NCBI GenBank assembly: GCA_963700635.1
Contig: CAVOYH010000003.1
Coordinates: forward strand, 416,001-480,000
Length of the DNA stretch: 64,000 nucleotides
Source of the DNA: an uncultured Bacteroidota bacterium
GTDB taxonomy: Bacteria > Bacteroidota > Ignavibacteria > UBA10030 > UBA6906
Reading direction: 5' to 3'
The position numbers were made by a program, and so were the translations under genes. A model generated the notes under the pieces. That model did no database searches, was not told where the DNA came from, and saw nothing but the letters and a program-made list of their open reading frames with translations. Of the stretch, positions 1 through 9,652 are shown in pieces (position 1 is the stretch's first letter; every line of letters begins with the position of its first letter).

Positions 1-1237
1 TCTGGAAATCGACAACAGCAGGTACTTTGCAGCGGCGATCCCGGAAACGATCCACGTGCTGCTGGCTGGAGGAGTTCCAGAGGACACGCGGTACGCCTCG
101 CTGGCCCTGACGCTCTCCGGCGACTCGTCCGTTGCGGGTCTCTTTCAGGTTACCCGGATCATTGACAATCAACTTGCGTACGCCGACCTCCAGCACTATG
201 ATGCCTTTGTGTTTGCCGCATCCCGTTCGCTCCCTCCGGGATTCGCATCCCGGGTCGCTTCCGCTGTCCGGCAGGGCAAGGGATTGCTTTTCTTCCCCGG
301 TCCGGCAATGAACGTGGTGGAGGTGAATACCGGTTTGCTTGCCGCCTTCGGCATACCACCGATCACGATGCCCGCGATCATTTCGGGCGACAAAGAACCT
401 GCCGGTTTTACCAGATTTCAGAGTATTGACTATTCGCATCCGATCTTCGCAGGCATGTTTGAAAGCGACCAGATTGCGGGCAGGAGCAAACCATCCATCG
501 AATCTCCCCGAATACGATATGCAACAACGTCTGGAAGCGGGGCGACCGGCCTGACTCTGGTCTCGCTCACTGACGGACGCCCGTTCCTGCGGGAATATCA
601 ACAGGGAACGGGCCGGGTATTCGTGTGTGCGGTGGATGCAGGAACTGAATGGTCGGATTTTGCAGTAAGAGGGATTTTTGCTCCCCTGCTCCATCGTTCA
701 ATCCTCTACCTTGCCACCCCCCGGCAGTTGCGTGAAGACGCACAGGTCGGCGATCGACTGACTTTTCAGATACTCCGGTCTTCGGATGATTTTGGGCGGG
801 AGTATGTGCTTGTATCACCCGGCGGGACCGAGGAGCGGGTCACCCCGCAGAATGTACCTGGAACAGGAGCGCTGATGTTCGAATCAGCGCCGACCGAGGA
901 ACCTGGACTCTACCGATTACGGTACGGGGGGAATGGCACGGGAGGAGACCAGACTCCCCTTCAAGCCATCGCGGTTCACCCTGACGTGCTGGAGTCCGAC
1001 CTGCGACCCGCTTCAGATGAAATTCTTGCAGAATTCTGGAAACGCCAGGGAATACCTGATCGTGCTCTTGTACGTCTGGACGCAGGGAGTTCCATCGTGC
1101 GCGCTGTGGAACAATCACGACACGGGGTCGAGCTCTGGCAACTCTTCCTGATTCTCGCGGTTGGATGTGCATTGCTTGAGATGATCATCGCCCGCGTGTC
1201 ACCGGCCACCATACCCGAGGAAACCCCGCATGCCTGA
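1..1237 (+). CDS. BatA/VWA-domain membrane protein, C-terminal part (5' end outside window)
   Basis: Frame runs from the window edge; WSDFAVRGIFAPLL motif, ESDL motif and C-terminal ELWQLFLILAVGCALLEM helix typical of BatA-domain proteins. Confidence 0.65.
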   Translation, partial: LEIDNSRYFAAAIPETIHVLLAGGVPEDTRYASLALTLSGDSSVAGLFQVTRIIDNQLAYADLQHYDAFVFAASRSLPPGFASRVASAVRQGKGLLFFPGPAMNVVEVNTGLLAAFGIPPITMPAIISGDKEPAGFTRFQSIDYSHPIFAGMFESDQIAGRSKPSIESPRIRYATTSGSGATGLTLVSLTDGRPFLREYQQGTGRVFVCAVDAGTEWSDFAVRGIFAPLLHRSILYLATPRQLREDAQVGDRLTFQILRSSDDFGREYVLVSPGGTEERVTPQNVPGTGALMFESAPTEEPGLYRLRYGGNGTGGDQTPLQAIAVHPDVLESDLRPASDEILAEFWKRQGIPDRALVRLDAGSSIVRAVEQSRHGVELWQLFLILAVGCALLEMIIARVSPATIPEETPHA

Positions 1238-2489
1238 GCTGAGAGCGACAACGGAGCGTGAACGCGCTATCATCGTGGGACTCGTGACGGGATCGGTGGG
1301 CCGTGCGCAAACCGAAGATTACATGGCAGAGCTTGCGTTGCTCACTGATTCAGCCGGCGCAGACGTCGTGCATCGGGTTATACAGGAGCGTCAGAACATT
1401 GACGCGGCCTTTTTTGTCGGAAAGGGGAAGGCGGAAGAAATTTCCCGGCTGGTCGAGGATGATCACATTGATCTTGTGATCTTCGACGACGACCTGTCAG
1501 CCGTGCAGAACCGGAATCTGGCACGCCTGATAAAATGCAAAATCGTTGACCGGAGCGCACTTATCCTCGATATTTTTGCATCCCGAGCAAAAACACGGGA
1601 AGCAAAGACGCAGGTTGAACTTGCGCAGCTCCAATACATGCTGCCGCGGCTCACGCGGCAGTGGACCCATCTTTCCAAGCAATACGGCGGCATAGGCACA
1701 AAAGGACCCGGCGAGACGCAGATTGAAACCGACCGCCGGGCCATTCGCACACGTATCACACGTTTGCGTTCAAAGCTCGGAGACATCGACCGCGAGCGGG
1801 CCGTCCAGCGGAAGGGACGGGAACAGTTTGTCCGGGTCGCTCTGGTCGGCTATACAAACGCCGGGAAATCGACACTGCTCAACTGGTTCTCCGATGCCGG
1901 CGTGCTCGTCGAGGATCGCCTCTTCGCAACGCTCGATTCCACCGTCCGTCAGGTCACACTCTCCCCCGTACACCGCATCCTGCTTTCGGATACTGTGGGA
2001 TTCATCCGGAAACTCCCCCATCATCTGGTCGCGTCTTTTAAGAGCACGCTGGATGAGGTCCGTGAGGCAGATATTCTCCTGCATGTTGTCGATATCAGCC
2101 ACCCGCTCTTCGAAGAACAGATGAACGTCGTCAACGAAATCCTCGAGGAGCTTGGCGCATCAGGCAAATCCACGGTGACCGTGTTTAATAAGATTGATCT
2201 GCTGGCACAGAGAACGATATTCCCGTATCTCACGGCGAACTACCCCGGTGCGGTTTTTGTCTCGGCGGCGCGCGGCATCCATATGTCCGGCCTGCGCGAA
2301 CGGCTGGTACAGATCCTGGACAGCAGGATTGAAGAACAAACTGTGACGTTCAATATCGCCGACTCTGCACGCATCGCACACATGCATGAAGTGGCAGAGG
2401 TTCTGGATACGCAGTATGACGGGGATACGGTAACCATGCGCATTCGTATCCTCAAAGTCAACGCGGAACGACTTGCACGAAAACAGTAG
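1230..2489 (+). CDS. hflX: GTPase HflX
   Basis: GIGTKGPGETQIETDRR, GYTNAGKST, LFATLD, DTVGFI and NKID motifs. Confidence 0.97.
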   Translation: MPELRATTERERAIIVGLVTGSVGRAQTEDYMAELALLTDSAGADVVHRVIQERQNIDAAFFVGKGKAEEISRLVEDDHIDLVIFDDDLSAVQNRNLARLIKCKIVDRSALILDIFASRAKTREAKTQVELAQLQYMLPRLTRQWTHLSKQYGGIGTKGPGETQIETDRRAIRTRITRLRSKLGDIDRERAVQRKGREQFVRVALVGYTNAGKSTLLNWFSDAGVLVEDRLFATLDSTVRQVTLSPVHRILLSDTVGFIRKLPHHLVASFKSTLDEVREADILLHVVDISHPLFEEQMNVVNEILEELGASGKSTVTVFNKIDLLAQRTIFPYLTANYPGAVFVSAARGIHMSGLRERLVQILDSRIEEQTVTFNIADSARIAHMHEVAEVLDTQYDGDTVTMRIRILKVNAERLARKQ

Positions 2490-2542
2490 CGTCACCCTGT
2501 TCACCCATTGTCATTACTATCACGAGACCAGAGAAGATCATT

Positions 2543-3313
2543 ATGCTCAACGTAGCTGTTGAAGCTGCCCGCGAAGCAGGCCGGTTTCTGAAACTCAATG
2601 TCGGCAAAGTTCGATCGGTTGAAGTGAAGCAGGGGGAGGAACGGAACCTTGTTTCAGAGATCGATCGGGGCGCCGAAGCAAAGATTATCAGCATCATTCA
2701 GAGGCACTATCCCCAGCACGCCATCCTCGCAGAAGAGAGTGGAGGAAGTCTTGCGCCCGCCGATGTCCGGTGGATTATTGATCCACTGGACGGTACGACA
2801 AATTTTCTGCACGGTGTTCCGATTTTCTGCGTGAGCATCGGGATCGAACGGAAGGGCGAACTTGTTGCGGGGGTGGTCTATGACCCCAACCTGGATGAAC
2901 TCTTTACGGCGGAAAAAGGAGCAGGCGCGTTTCTGAATGGCAGGCGGCTGAAGGTCTCGTCGTCGTCGTCACTCGCCGACAGCCTTCTGGTGACCGGCTT
3001 TCCGTACAATATTACGGCGAACCCGGGTAATACGGTCGAACATTTTGTCCACTTCCTGATGGCGGCCCGGGGAGTACGCCGTCTCGGGTCAGCTGCGCTG
3101 GACCTTTCGTATGTCGCGGCCGGACGGTTTGACGGATTCTGGGAGGTAAGTCTGAACCCGTGGGATATGGCGGCGGGTGCTCTGTTCATCCAGGAAGCAG
3201 GCGGGAAAATCTCGGACATGCGGGGAAATCCGCTCTCCATCTACCAGAAAACGGTGCTGGCCAGTAATGGAACCATCCACGACGCCATGCTGGCGGTCGT
3301 GAACAAAACGTAA
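2543..3313 (+). CDS. suhB: Inositol monophosphatase family protein
   Basis: WIIDPLDGTTNF, RRLGSAALDL and WDMAAG motifs. Confidence 0.93.
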   Translation: MLNVAVEAAREAGRFLKLNVGKVRSVEVKQGEERNLVSEIDRGAEAKIISIIQRHYPQHAILAEESGGSLAPADVRWIIDPLDGTTNFLHGVPIFCVSIGIERKGELVAGVVYDPNLDELFTAEKGAGAFLNGRRLKVSSSSSLADSLLVTGFPYNITANPGNTVEHFVHFLMAARGVRRLGSAALDLSYVAAGRFDGFWEVSLNPWDMAAGALFIQEAGGKISDMRGNPLSIYQKTVLASNGTIHDAMLAVVNKT

Positions 3314-3390
3314 CCAGCCCCGTAGGGTAATCCTTCTGCCTGTTTCATCGTTCGTTTCTCGCTGCACAGAGAAGGTTCAAATCGAGCTCC

Positions 3391-4734
3391 CTAGTACACC
3401 ACGGGAGTCGTCCATGGCCGCTTCCCGTCGCTGTCCACAATAGTGCTGATGGTCGGTCGCAGGGGAACCGCTTCAGGGGCGTAGAAAATACAGGAACCCA
3501 GCAGTGAGGCGACACGTGCCACCGCATCTCCACGGTTGCCCATCACGCGGGCGATCGGTTCGCCCCGCCGGACTGTTTCACCGAGTTTTTTGAACACCAG
3601 GATACCCGCGACGGGGTCGATGACATCATCTGCTTTGAGCCGGCCCGCCCCGAGTTCAGCCGCCAGCACGCCGATACGCCGCGTCTTGAATCTGACGACA
3701 ATACCATCCTCCGGGCTGAGCACCTCTTCTGTGTACCCCGGCCGCGGGTACAGCGAAGGCTGTTCCAGGACATCGGTGGACCCTCCCTGGCGGGTCACAC
3801 TCTGGAGAAACTTTTCATACGCTTTGCCCGACCAGATTGCAGACCTGCACAGCGCCATCCCCTCGGCAAGGGTTGACGCCTTGCCGCCGAGCATTACCAT
3901 CGCACCTCCCAATACGAGCGTAACTTCCATAAGATCCGGCACCTGTTTCCCCCGCAGGCACTCCACGGACTCCACAACTTCGCACCAATTCCCGATTGCG
4001 GTACCGAGTGGTTGATCCATGCTTGTCAGGAAGGCTACGGTCTTTTTGCCGGCCATGGTGCCAATCCGGACCAGAGCGTTCGCCAGGGCCAGCGCATCCT
4101 CTTCATCCCGCATGAATGCCCCGTCGCCTGTCTTCACATCCAGCACAAGCGCGTCAATGCCTTCCGCCAGCTTTTTGCTCATGATACTTCCGGCGATGAG
4201 CGGGATGGACTCCACCGTTGCCGTAACGTCCCGCAGTGCGTACATCCTGCGATCGGCCGGCGCAATATCTTCTGTCTGTCCGATGAGAACGACGCCGACT
4301 TCGTCTATGACCCTCCGGTACTCGTCAACCGTAAGTGTGGTGCGGAACCCCGGAATCGTCTCCAGTTTGTCGAGTGTCCCCCCGGTGTGTCCGAGCCCGC
4401 GGCCGGAGATCATGGGCACCGGGACGCCACAGGCTGCGACCATTGGAGCCAGGATAAGTGAGACCTTGTCACCCACGCCTCCGGTCGAATGTTTGTCCAC
4501 CTTGACGCCCTGAATCGCGGAAAGATCCACCACCTCGCCTGAATGGAGCATCACATCGGTGAACGCTGATGTTTCACCATCGGTCATGCCGCTGAAATAG
4601 ACCGCCATAAGGAATGCGGCCATCTGATAATCGGGAAGGACGCCGCCGACATACGAGGAAATAAACTCCTCCATTTCGGAACGGGTAAGTTCGCCTCCAT
4701 TCCGTTTTTTACGTATCAGTTCAACGGGATTCAT
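3391..4734 (-). CDS. pdp: Thymidine/pyrimidine-nucleoside phosphorylase
   Basis: DKHSTGGVGDK, SGRGLGHTGGTLDKLE and SIMSKK motifs. Confidence 0.93.
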   Translation of the reverse strand: MNPVELIRKKRNGGELTRSEMEEFISSYVGGVLPDYQMAAFLMAVYFSGMTDGETSAFTDVMLHSGEVVDLSAIQGVKVDKHSTGGVGDKVSLILAPMVAACGVPVPMISGRGLGHTGGTLDKLETIPGFRTTLTVDEYRRVIDEVGVVLIGQTEDIAPADRRMYALRDVTATVESIPLIAGSIMSKKLAEGIDALVLDVKTGDGAFMRDEEDALALANALVRIGTMAGKKTVAFLTSMDQPLGTAIGNWCEVVESVECLRGKQVPDLMEVTLVLGGAMVMLGGKASTLAEGMALCRSAIWSGKAYEKFLQSVTRQGGSTDVLEQPSLYPRPGYTEEVLSPEDGIVVRFKTRRIGVLAAELGAGRLKADDVIDPVAGILVFKKLGETVRRGEPIARVMGNRGDAVARVASLLGSCIFYAPEAVPLRPTISTIVDSDGKRPWTTPVVY

Positions 4735-5426
4735 GAAGCATGCGCCCTGGTGGAATGCCCTGGGGCCGATTCTGCGCCAGCGGCCCGGACGATCGATGGA
4801 AGTTCGGTGATCCGGCCAATGATATAGTCGGGTTGATAGGCAACAAGTTCCTCATGCCGGAGCGAACCATAGGTGACCGCGCATGTGCTGACACCTGCGT
4901 GCCGTCCGGCAAGAATGTCCGCATCGGTGTCTCCTACCATGAGTGTATCGTTTTCACGCCAGTGGAGGTGTGAGAGGATTGCAAGAATCACATCGGGCGC
5001 GGGTTTAAACGGCATGCCGTCACTCCCCTGAAGCCGATCAAACAATGGCGTGATGCCAAAATGGTCCGTCGCCCGCTGGATACCTGCTCCCTTTTTTGTT
5101 GACGCAATCGCAAGGCGATGGCCGCGGGAATGCAGGAGGGTAAGCGTCTCGTGGACGCCCGGAAAGAGCACGGTCGTGCGCAGAGCGCGGGGGGTATAAT
5201 ACTCGCTGTACAGACGGATCGCCTCCGGGATACGGTGGTGGTCCGCCGGGGGAAGGACCCGTGAAAACGTCTCCTGCAACGGCTTCCCGATGAGCGGGTA
5301 CAAATCCTGTTCCTGATAATCGGAGAATCCCATTTGCCCGAGGGCCCAGAGCTGTGCGCCGGCGATATCCCGCCTGGAATCGGTCAACGTTCCGTCAAAA
5401 TCAAATATGATATTCTGATAGGGCAT
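4731..5426 (-). CDS. HAD-family hydrolase (phosphoglycolate phosphatase-like)
   Basis: FDFDGTL, KPAP and VGDT..D motifs; start moved to MPYQN. Confidence 0.88.
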   Translation of the reverse strand: MPYQNIIFDFDGTLTDSRRDIAGAQLWALGQMGFSDYQEQDLYPLIGKPLQETFSRVLPPADHHRIPEAIRLYSEYYTPRALRTTVLFPGVHETLTLLHSRGHRLAIASTKKGAGIQRATDHFGITPLFDRLQGSDGMPFKPAPDVILAILSHLHWRENDTLMVGDTDADILAGRHAGVSTCAVTYGSLRHEELVAYQPDYIIGRITELPSIVRAAGAESAPGHSTRAHAS

Positions 5427-5448
5427 CGTATTGATTCTATTCCTGAGT

Positions 5449-5985
5449 TCAGGTGATTCTGTCACGGGCGAGCAGCAACCCGATGATCGTCTTGCCGTCT
5501 TTGATCACTCCATCATTCACCATCTGCAATGCCTCCGCAACCGGCAGCAGACGGAGCGTCATGGTAAATTCTCCCTCTTCGCGCTTGTGTCCGTCCGGAG
5601 AAAGCCGCAGCCCACGCGCAAGATAGATGTGGAGTTCTTCATTACAGAAACCCGGCGACGTGTAGAACGAACAGAGTTTTTCGAGCGAGCCCGCCACCCA
5701 ACCGGTTTCCTCCTCCAGTTCACGCCCCGCACAGAGGGAAGGATCCTCGCCGGGGAAAAGTTTTCCAGCGGGCAGCTCCAGAATATGGCGCTCCAGGGGG
5801 TAGCGAAGCTGGTCTACGAGTATCACTCTTCCGTCATCGAGTACCGGAACCACCGCCGCTCCGCCCGGGTGATGCGCCACTTCGCGGACAGTCCGGCGGC
5901 CGGAAGGATATTCGATCTGATCCACGTGGAGATCGATGATCTTTCCCCTGTAAAGGGTCTCACGGGAGAGTCTCTTGAGTTCCAT
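5449..5985 (-). CDS. nudF: NUDIX hydrolase (ADP-ribose pyrophosphatase-like)
   Basis: Nudix box GKLFPGEDPSLCAGRELEEETG; YTSPGF; DGKT. Confidence 0.85.
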   Translation of the reverse strand: MELKRLSRETLYRGKIIDLHVDQIEYPSGRRTVREVAHHPGGAAVVPVLDDGRVILVDQLRYPLERHILELPAGKLFPGEDPSLCAGRELEEETGWVAGSLEKLCSFYTSPGFCNEELHIYLARGLRLSPDGHKREEGEFTMTLRLLPVAEALQMVNDGVIKDGKTIIGLLLARDRIT

Positions 5986-5993
5986 GTGATCTT

Positions 5994-6578
5994 CTATTGG
6001 TTCCCCCTGCTGCCGGGCTTCGTCACGACCAGACCACGCGCACAGAGTGAACACTGGTCGGGTTGATATGTTACTGCACGCATCGTCAGCACGGCTGTAT
6101 GGGGTCCCTTGAGACCCGGAAAGGCCACGGTGCCGCCGCTCCGGTCCACGATGCAGGACACGCCTGCAACAATTCCGGCGGCGTCCGTTACGAGTTTAAT
6201 CACTTCTCCGACTGACCCGCCGGTGGTAACCACATCTTCACAGACCAGCACCCGTTCACCCGGGACAATCTCAAAACCCCGTCGTAGCTGCATGACGCCT
6301 TCTTTTCGTTCTGCAAACATTGTGCGTACTCCAAGCTGGCGTCCCACCTCCTGCCCCACCACGATTCCACCAAGCGCGGGAGCTATGACCACATCGACGT
6401 TACGTGCCCGGGCATCATGCGCAAGCACGCTGCAGAGTTTTTCACAGTGCTCGGGGTGCTGCAGTACTCTGGCACACTGAAAGTACTGATTACTGTGCAA
6501 TCCAGAGGTTAGTTGAAAGTGCCCTTCGAGTAATGCCCCGGTCTGTTTGAAGATGGACAGCACTTCAGAAGATTCCAT
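5994..6578 (-). CDS. pyrE: Orotate phosphoribosyltransferase
   Basis: GHFQLTSGLHS and PRPP loop VCEDVVTTGGS; start at MESSEV. Confidence 0.93.
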   Translation of the reverse strand: MESSEVLSIFKQTGALLEGHFQLTSGLHSNQYFQCARVLQHPEHCEKLCSVLAHDARARNVDVVIAPALGGIVVGQEVGRQLGVRTMFAERKEGVMQLRRGFEIVPGERVLVCEDVVTTGGSVGEVIKLVTDAAGIVAGVSCIVDRSGGTVAFPGLKGPHTAVLTMRAVTYQPDQCSLCARGLVVTKPGSRGNQ

Positions 6579-6609
6579 ACATTCCTGCCGAACCTGGTAA
6601 TGGAGAGAC

Positions 6610-7269
6610 TCAGAGTTTGAATTTGACGCCACCACGGAAAAGGAGTACGAGTCCGACATTGGGATCGTTATGAAGATAGATGCCCCGCACATCCGCCTGG
6701 AGCGCAAACCCCCGCGCAAGGTAGTAATCTGCCCCCGCCACTCCGCCGATTGTCAGTCGGGTTGTACCCGGGATGTCATAGTACGTTACGCGCACCGCAT
6801 TGATGACTTCCTTGTTTTCCGCACCGCTGATCCGGGCAAAGCCAATGTCTCCACCAAGATAGGGGGAGAAGCGTGAACGTGCCTGGAAGTAGTTGCGAAT
6901 GGAAAGATAGAGATGGACCAGAGTCTGATCCTGTGCTGGAAGAGGGGCCCCGGGATACCGCTCGAGAAATGTGCCCCGGCGAAAACTGTACAGGGAGGCT
7001 TCAATCCCGACACCAATTTTGAGGTTATCCGTCACACGTAACATCAGACCAAAGCCCATCGCCGGACCACGTTTCCAGAAATCGGTGAACGAGGTGTGTG
7101 TGAGGGGAAGCCCCATACCGCCCCAGACCTCCAGCGTTTTATCACGCGGAACGTACACAGCCCGGCCGGGCGGATCGGGTTTGGAGCTCCCGGTCTGCGC
7201 ATTGCCCACCGTGCAGCTCACGACAAGAATCACCACGGTGCAGGCAAGGACACGTCGGGCTATTTCCAT
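6610..7269 (-). CDS. Outer-membrane beta-barrel protein
   Basis: Signal peptide, alternating beta-strands, SPYLGG, C-terminal GGVKFKL. Confidence 0.7.
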   Translation of the reverse strand: MEIARRVLACTVVILVVSCTVGNAQTGSSKPDPPGRAVYVPRDKTLEVWGGMGLPLTHTSFTDFWKRGPAMGFGLMLRVTDNLKIGVGIEASLYSFRRGTFLERYPGAPLPAQDQTLVHLYLSIRNYFQARSRFSPYLGGDIGFARISGAENKEVINAVRVTYYDIPGTTRLTIGGVAGADYYLARGFALQADVRGIYLHNDPNVGLVLLFRGGVKFKL

Positions 7270-7742
7270 CCTTTTGCCTCACAGAGCGAACGGATGTGCC
7301 CAAGATGCTTCTCTCCGTGCGCGGCGTACGTTGCCGCTGTGCCCGCAAATGTCACCTCCCCGCGCTCAGGATGCACAGCGGACTTCGTCCACATGGATTC
7401 CGGAACGTTCTCAAGAAAATGTGCCCAGCGTTCATGGAGTCCCATCAGAATCACCAGTGAGTGTTCAATGGGGCCCGACCGGGCATCTGCCTGATTTGCC
7501 CAGACGTCCTGATCATAGGGTTTGATTGTCGGATGATCTTCCGTCATCATAAATTTCATTCTGAGATACGCGTGCATATGCGAATCCGCAAGATGATGGA
7601 TCACCTGTCGTATCGTCCAGCCACCATCCCTGTACGGCGTGTCGAGTTGTGATGTCTCCAGGTGCAGCACGGCATCTCGTATTTGTGCGGGTAAAGCTCG
7701 TATCGCCGCAATCTGCTGTAGTCTAGTCTCTTCCATCGGCAT
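7260..7742 (-). CDS. YfiT/DinB-family bacillithiol transferase
   Basis: LDTPYRDGGWTIRQVIHHLADSH, PTIKPYD and HGEKHLGHI motifs. Confidence 0.88.
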   Translation of the reverse strand: MPMEETRLQQIAAIRALPAQIRDAVLHLETSQLDTPYRDGGWTIRQVIHHLADSHMHAYLRMKFMMTEDHPTIKPYDQDVWANQADARSGPIEHSLVILMGLHERWAHFLENVPESMWTKSAVHPERGEVTFAGTAATYAAHGEKHLGHIRSLCEAKGWK

Positions 7743-8781
7743 ACCCTTCCTTTCTCATCCGTTCGATCGATCCTTCTTTGTACGTTTCCAGTTCGGCATT
7801 GTCAAACGGCGCGTCCCTTCGGACAAACTCAGGCCGGTAACATTCTGCCGATTCGAACTCCTGCACCCAACCGTGGTTCATTCCGAGCGTGTCAAGAGTG
7901 TCCAGCACCCTGTGGTATTCCCCCGCCCTGATTTTCCTGTCAAGCAGCGGCGTGGTGGGAGCCCGATGTGCCGGATAGTATTGTGCCATAACGCTGACCG
8001 TAACACGCGCCCCGAGCGTCGAGGCGATCCACCGGAGCGTATCACGACTTCCCGCAAGATCGTTGGGAAGAACAAGATGCCTGATAATCAGACCACGCTG
8101 CACAACCCCTTCTTCATCGAGGTGCAGTTCCGGCCCGACCTGCCGGTGCATCTCCTGTACAGCTGCCCTGGCAAATTCAGGATAGTTTTCTACTTTTGAA
8201 TACGTCTGTCCGAACTCCGCCTCCGCATACTTGAGATCGGGTAAATATACGTCTATGATCCCTTCAAGAAGCCGCAGCACTTCGACCGAATCATAGGCAT
8301 TGGTATTGTACACGAGCGGTACACACAAACCCCTATCGGCGGCCAGCACGAGCGCGCGGATGATTTGAGGAACGACATGTGTCGGAGAGACGAATCCGAT
8401 CGAGTGACACCCGCGTACCTGAAGTTCCAGCATGATGTCTGCAAGTCTCCCGATGCTGACCTCATGCGCCTGTTCCGTACGGTGATTCTGACTGATCTGG
8501 TGATTCTGGCAGTAGACGCAGCGTAAATTACAGTTCCCGAAGAAGATGTTCCCGGCTCCGCGCGTCCCCACCAGACCGGGTTCTTCTCCGAAATGTGGTG
8601 CGAATGAAGAAACAACGGGAAGAGATCCTGTGTAACAGCGGGCGCGCTCGTTCCGGTGTCGATTATTGCCGCACAGGAGCGGACACAGCGTGCAGTTGCT
8701 CAGAAACGCATCGAGGACATCGGCGCGGCGGGAAAGTTCTCCGGACTGATGCAGGGCGATATAGGAAGGAACGCGGGTCAC
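7723..8781 (-). CDS. Radical SAM protein, PflX-like
   Basis: HFGEEP, CNLRCVYCQN, YLPDLKY and RHLVLPN; probable GTG start at 8781 avoids overlap with murI. Confidence 0.85.
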   Translation of the reverse strand: MTRVPSYIALHQSGELSRRADVLDAFLSNCTLCPLLCGNNRHRNERARCYTGSLPVVSSFAPHFGEEPGLVGTRGAGNIFFGNCNLRCVYCQNHQISQNHRTEQAHEVSIGRLADIMLELQVRGCHSIGFVSPTHVVPQIIRALVLAADRGLCVPLVYNTNAYDSVEVLRLLEGIIDVYLPDLKYAEAEFGQTYSKVENYPEFARAAVQEMHRQVGPELHLDEEGVVQRGLIIRHLVLPNDLAGSRDTLRWIASTLGARVTVSVMAQYYPAHRAPTTPLLDRKIRAGEYHRVLDTLDTLGMNHGWVQEFESAECYRPEFVRRDAPFDNAELETYKEGSIERMRKEGYADGRD

Positions 8782-8809
8782 GGGTTTGTAATCTTTAATA
8801 TAGCGAACT

Positions 8810-9652
8810 TCACCCGAGTGGTGCAACCCCTCCACCTTCGCCGGGAACGCGCCGGACTCTCCCCATTGCCTGCCCCAGAAAGCGTTCTCCCACTTCTGCG
8901 AATTTTGCCGGGATATCACTGACAAAGAACTGCAAGTTCGGGCGTTCCGTACTCCGGTTCCGCAGCGTGTGTGTATTCAGGACATGTTCTACCTCAAGTG
9001 CCGTTGCCTCTCCCGAATCAACCAGCGTGATGTCCTGACCAACCGCTGCAACGATCGCGGAGCGTAACACCGGATAATGCGTGCACCCGAGAATCAACGT
9101 GTCAATCCTCTCAAGTGTCAAGGGAAACAGATATTCCTTGGCAACCAATCGCGTGACCTGGTGGTCGATCCATCCCTCTTCGGCGAGCGGGACAAAGAGG
9201 GGACATGCTTTGGAAAACAGCTGCACCCCGGGCGCAATGCCACGAATCGCATGGGTGTACGCCTGGCTGTTGACGGTGGCCTGGGTTCCGATAATGCCGA
9301 TCCTCTTTCTTTTGGATTCCCTTACCGCGGCAACGGCACCCGGTTGAATCACACTCACCACCGGGACACGCGCCAGTTTCTGCACGATATCCAGCGCTAC
9401 CGCCGACACGGTATTACAGGCAATGACCACCATCTTCACATGGTGCCCCATCAGAAACGCGACGTCCTGTGCAGCATATTCTCGCACAACCTGGGGAGAT
9501 TTTGGGCCATAGGGAACGCGGGCCGTGTCGCCAAAATAGACAATATTTTCATTCGGCAGTCGTTTTGTCAGGGCGCGGACGACGGTAAGCCCGCCGATAC
9601 CGCTGTCAAACACACCGATCGGTTGGTCTTCTTTTGCGCTTGGGGGTTTCAT
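8810..9652 (-). CDS. murI: Glutamate racemase
   Basis: FDSGIGGLTV, ACNT and LGCTHYP motifs. Confidence 0.97.
   Translation of the reverse strand: MKPPSAKEDQPIGVFDSGIGGLTVVRALTKRLPNENIVYFGDTARVPYGPKSPQVVREYAAQDVAFLMGHHVKMVVIACNTVSAVALDIVQKLARVPVVSVIQPGAVAAVRESKRKRIGIIGTQATVNSQAYTHAIRGIAPGVQLFSKACPLFVPLAEEGWIDHQVTRLVAKEYLFPLTLERIDTLILGCTHYPVLRSAIVAAVGQDITLVDSGEATALEVEHVLNTHTLRNRSTERPNLQFFVSDIPAKFAEVGERFLGQAMGRVRRVPGEGGGVAPLG

Noticed and set aside
8782-8925. Apparent 116-bp overlap of the radical SAM ORF with murI
   Set aside because: Resolved by the downstream GTG start at 8781
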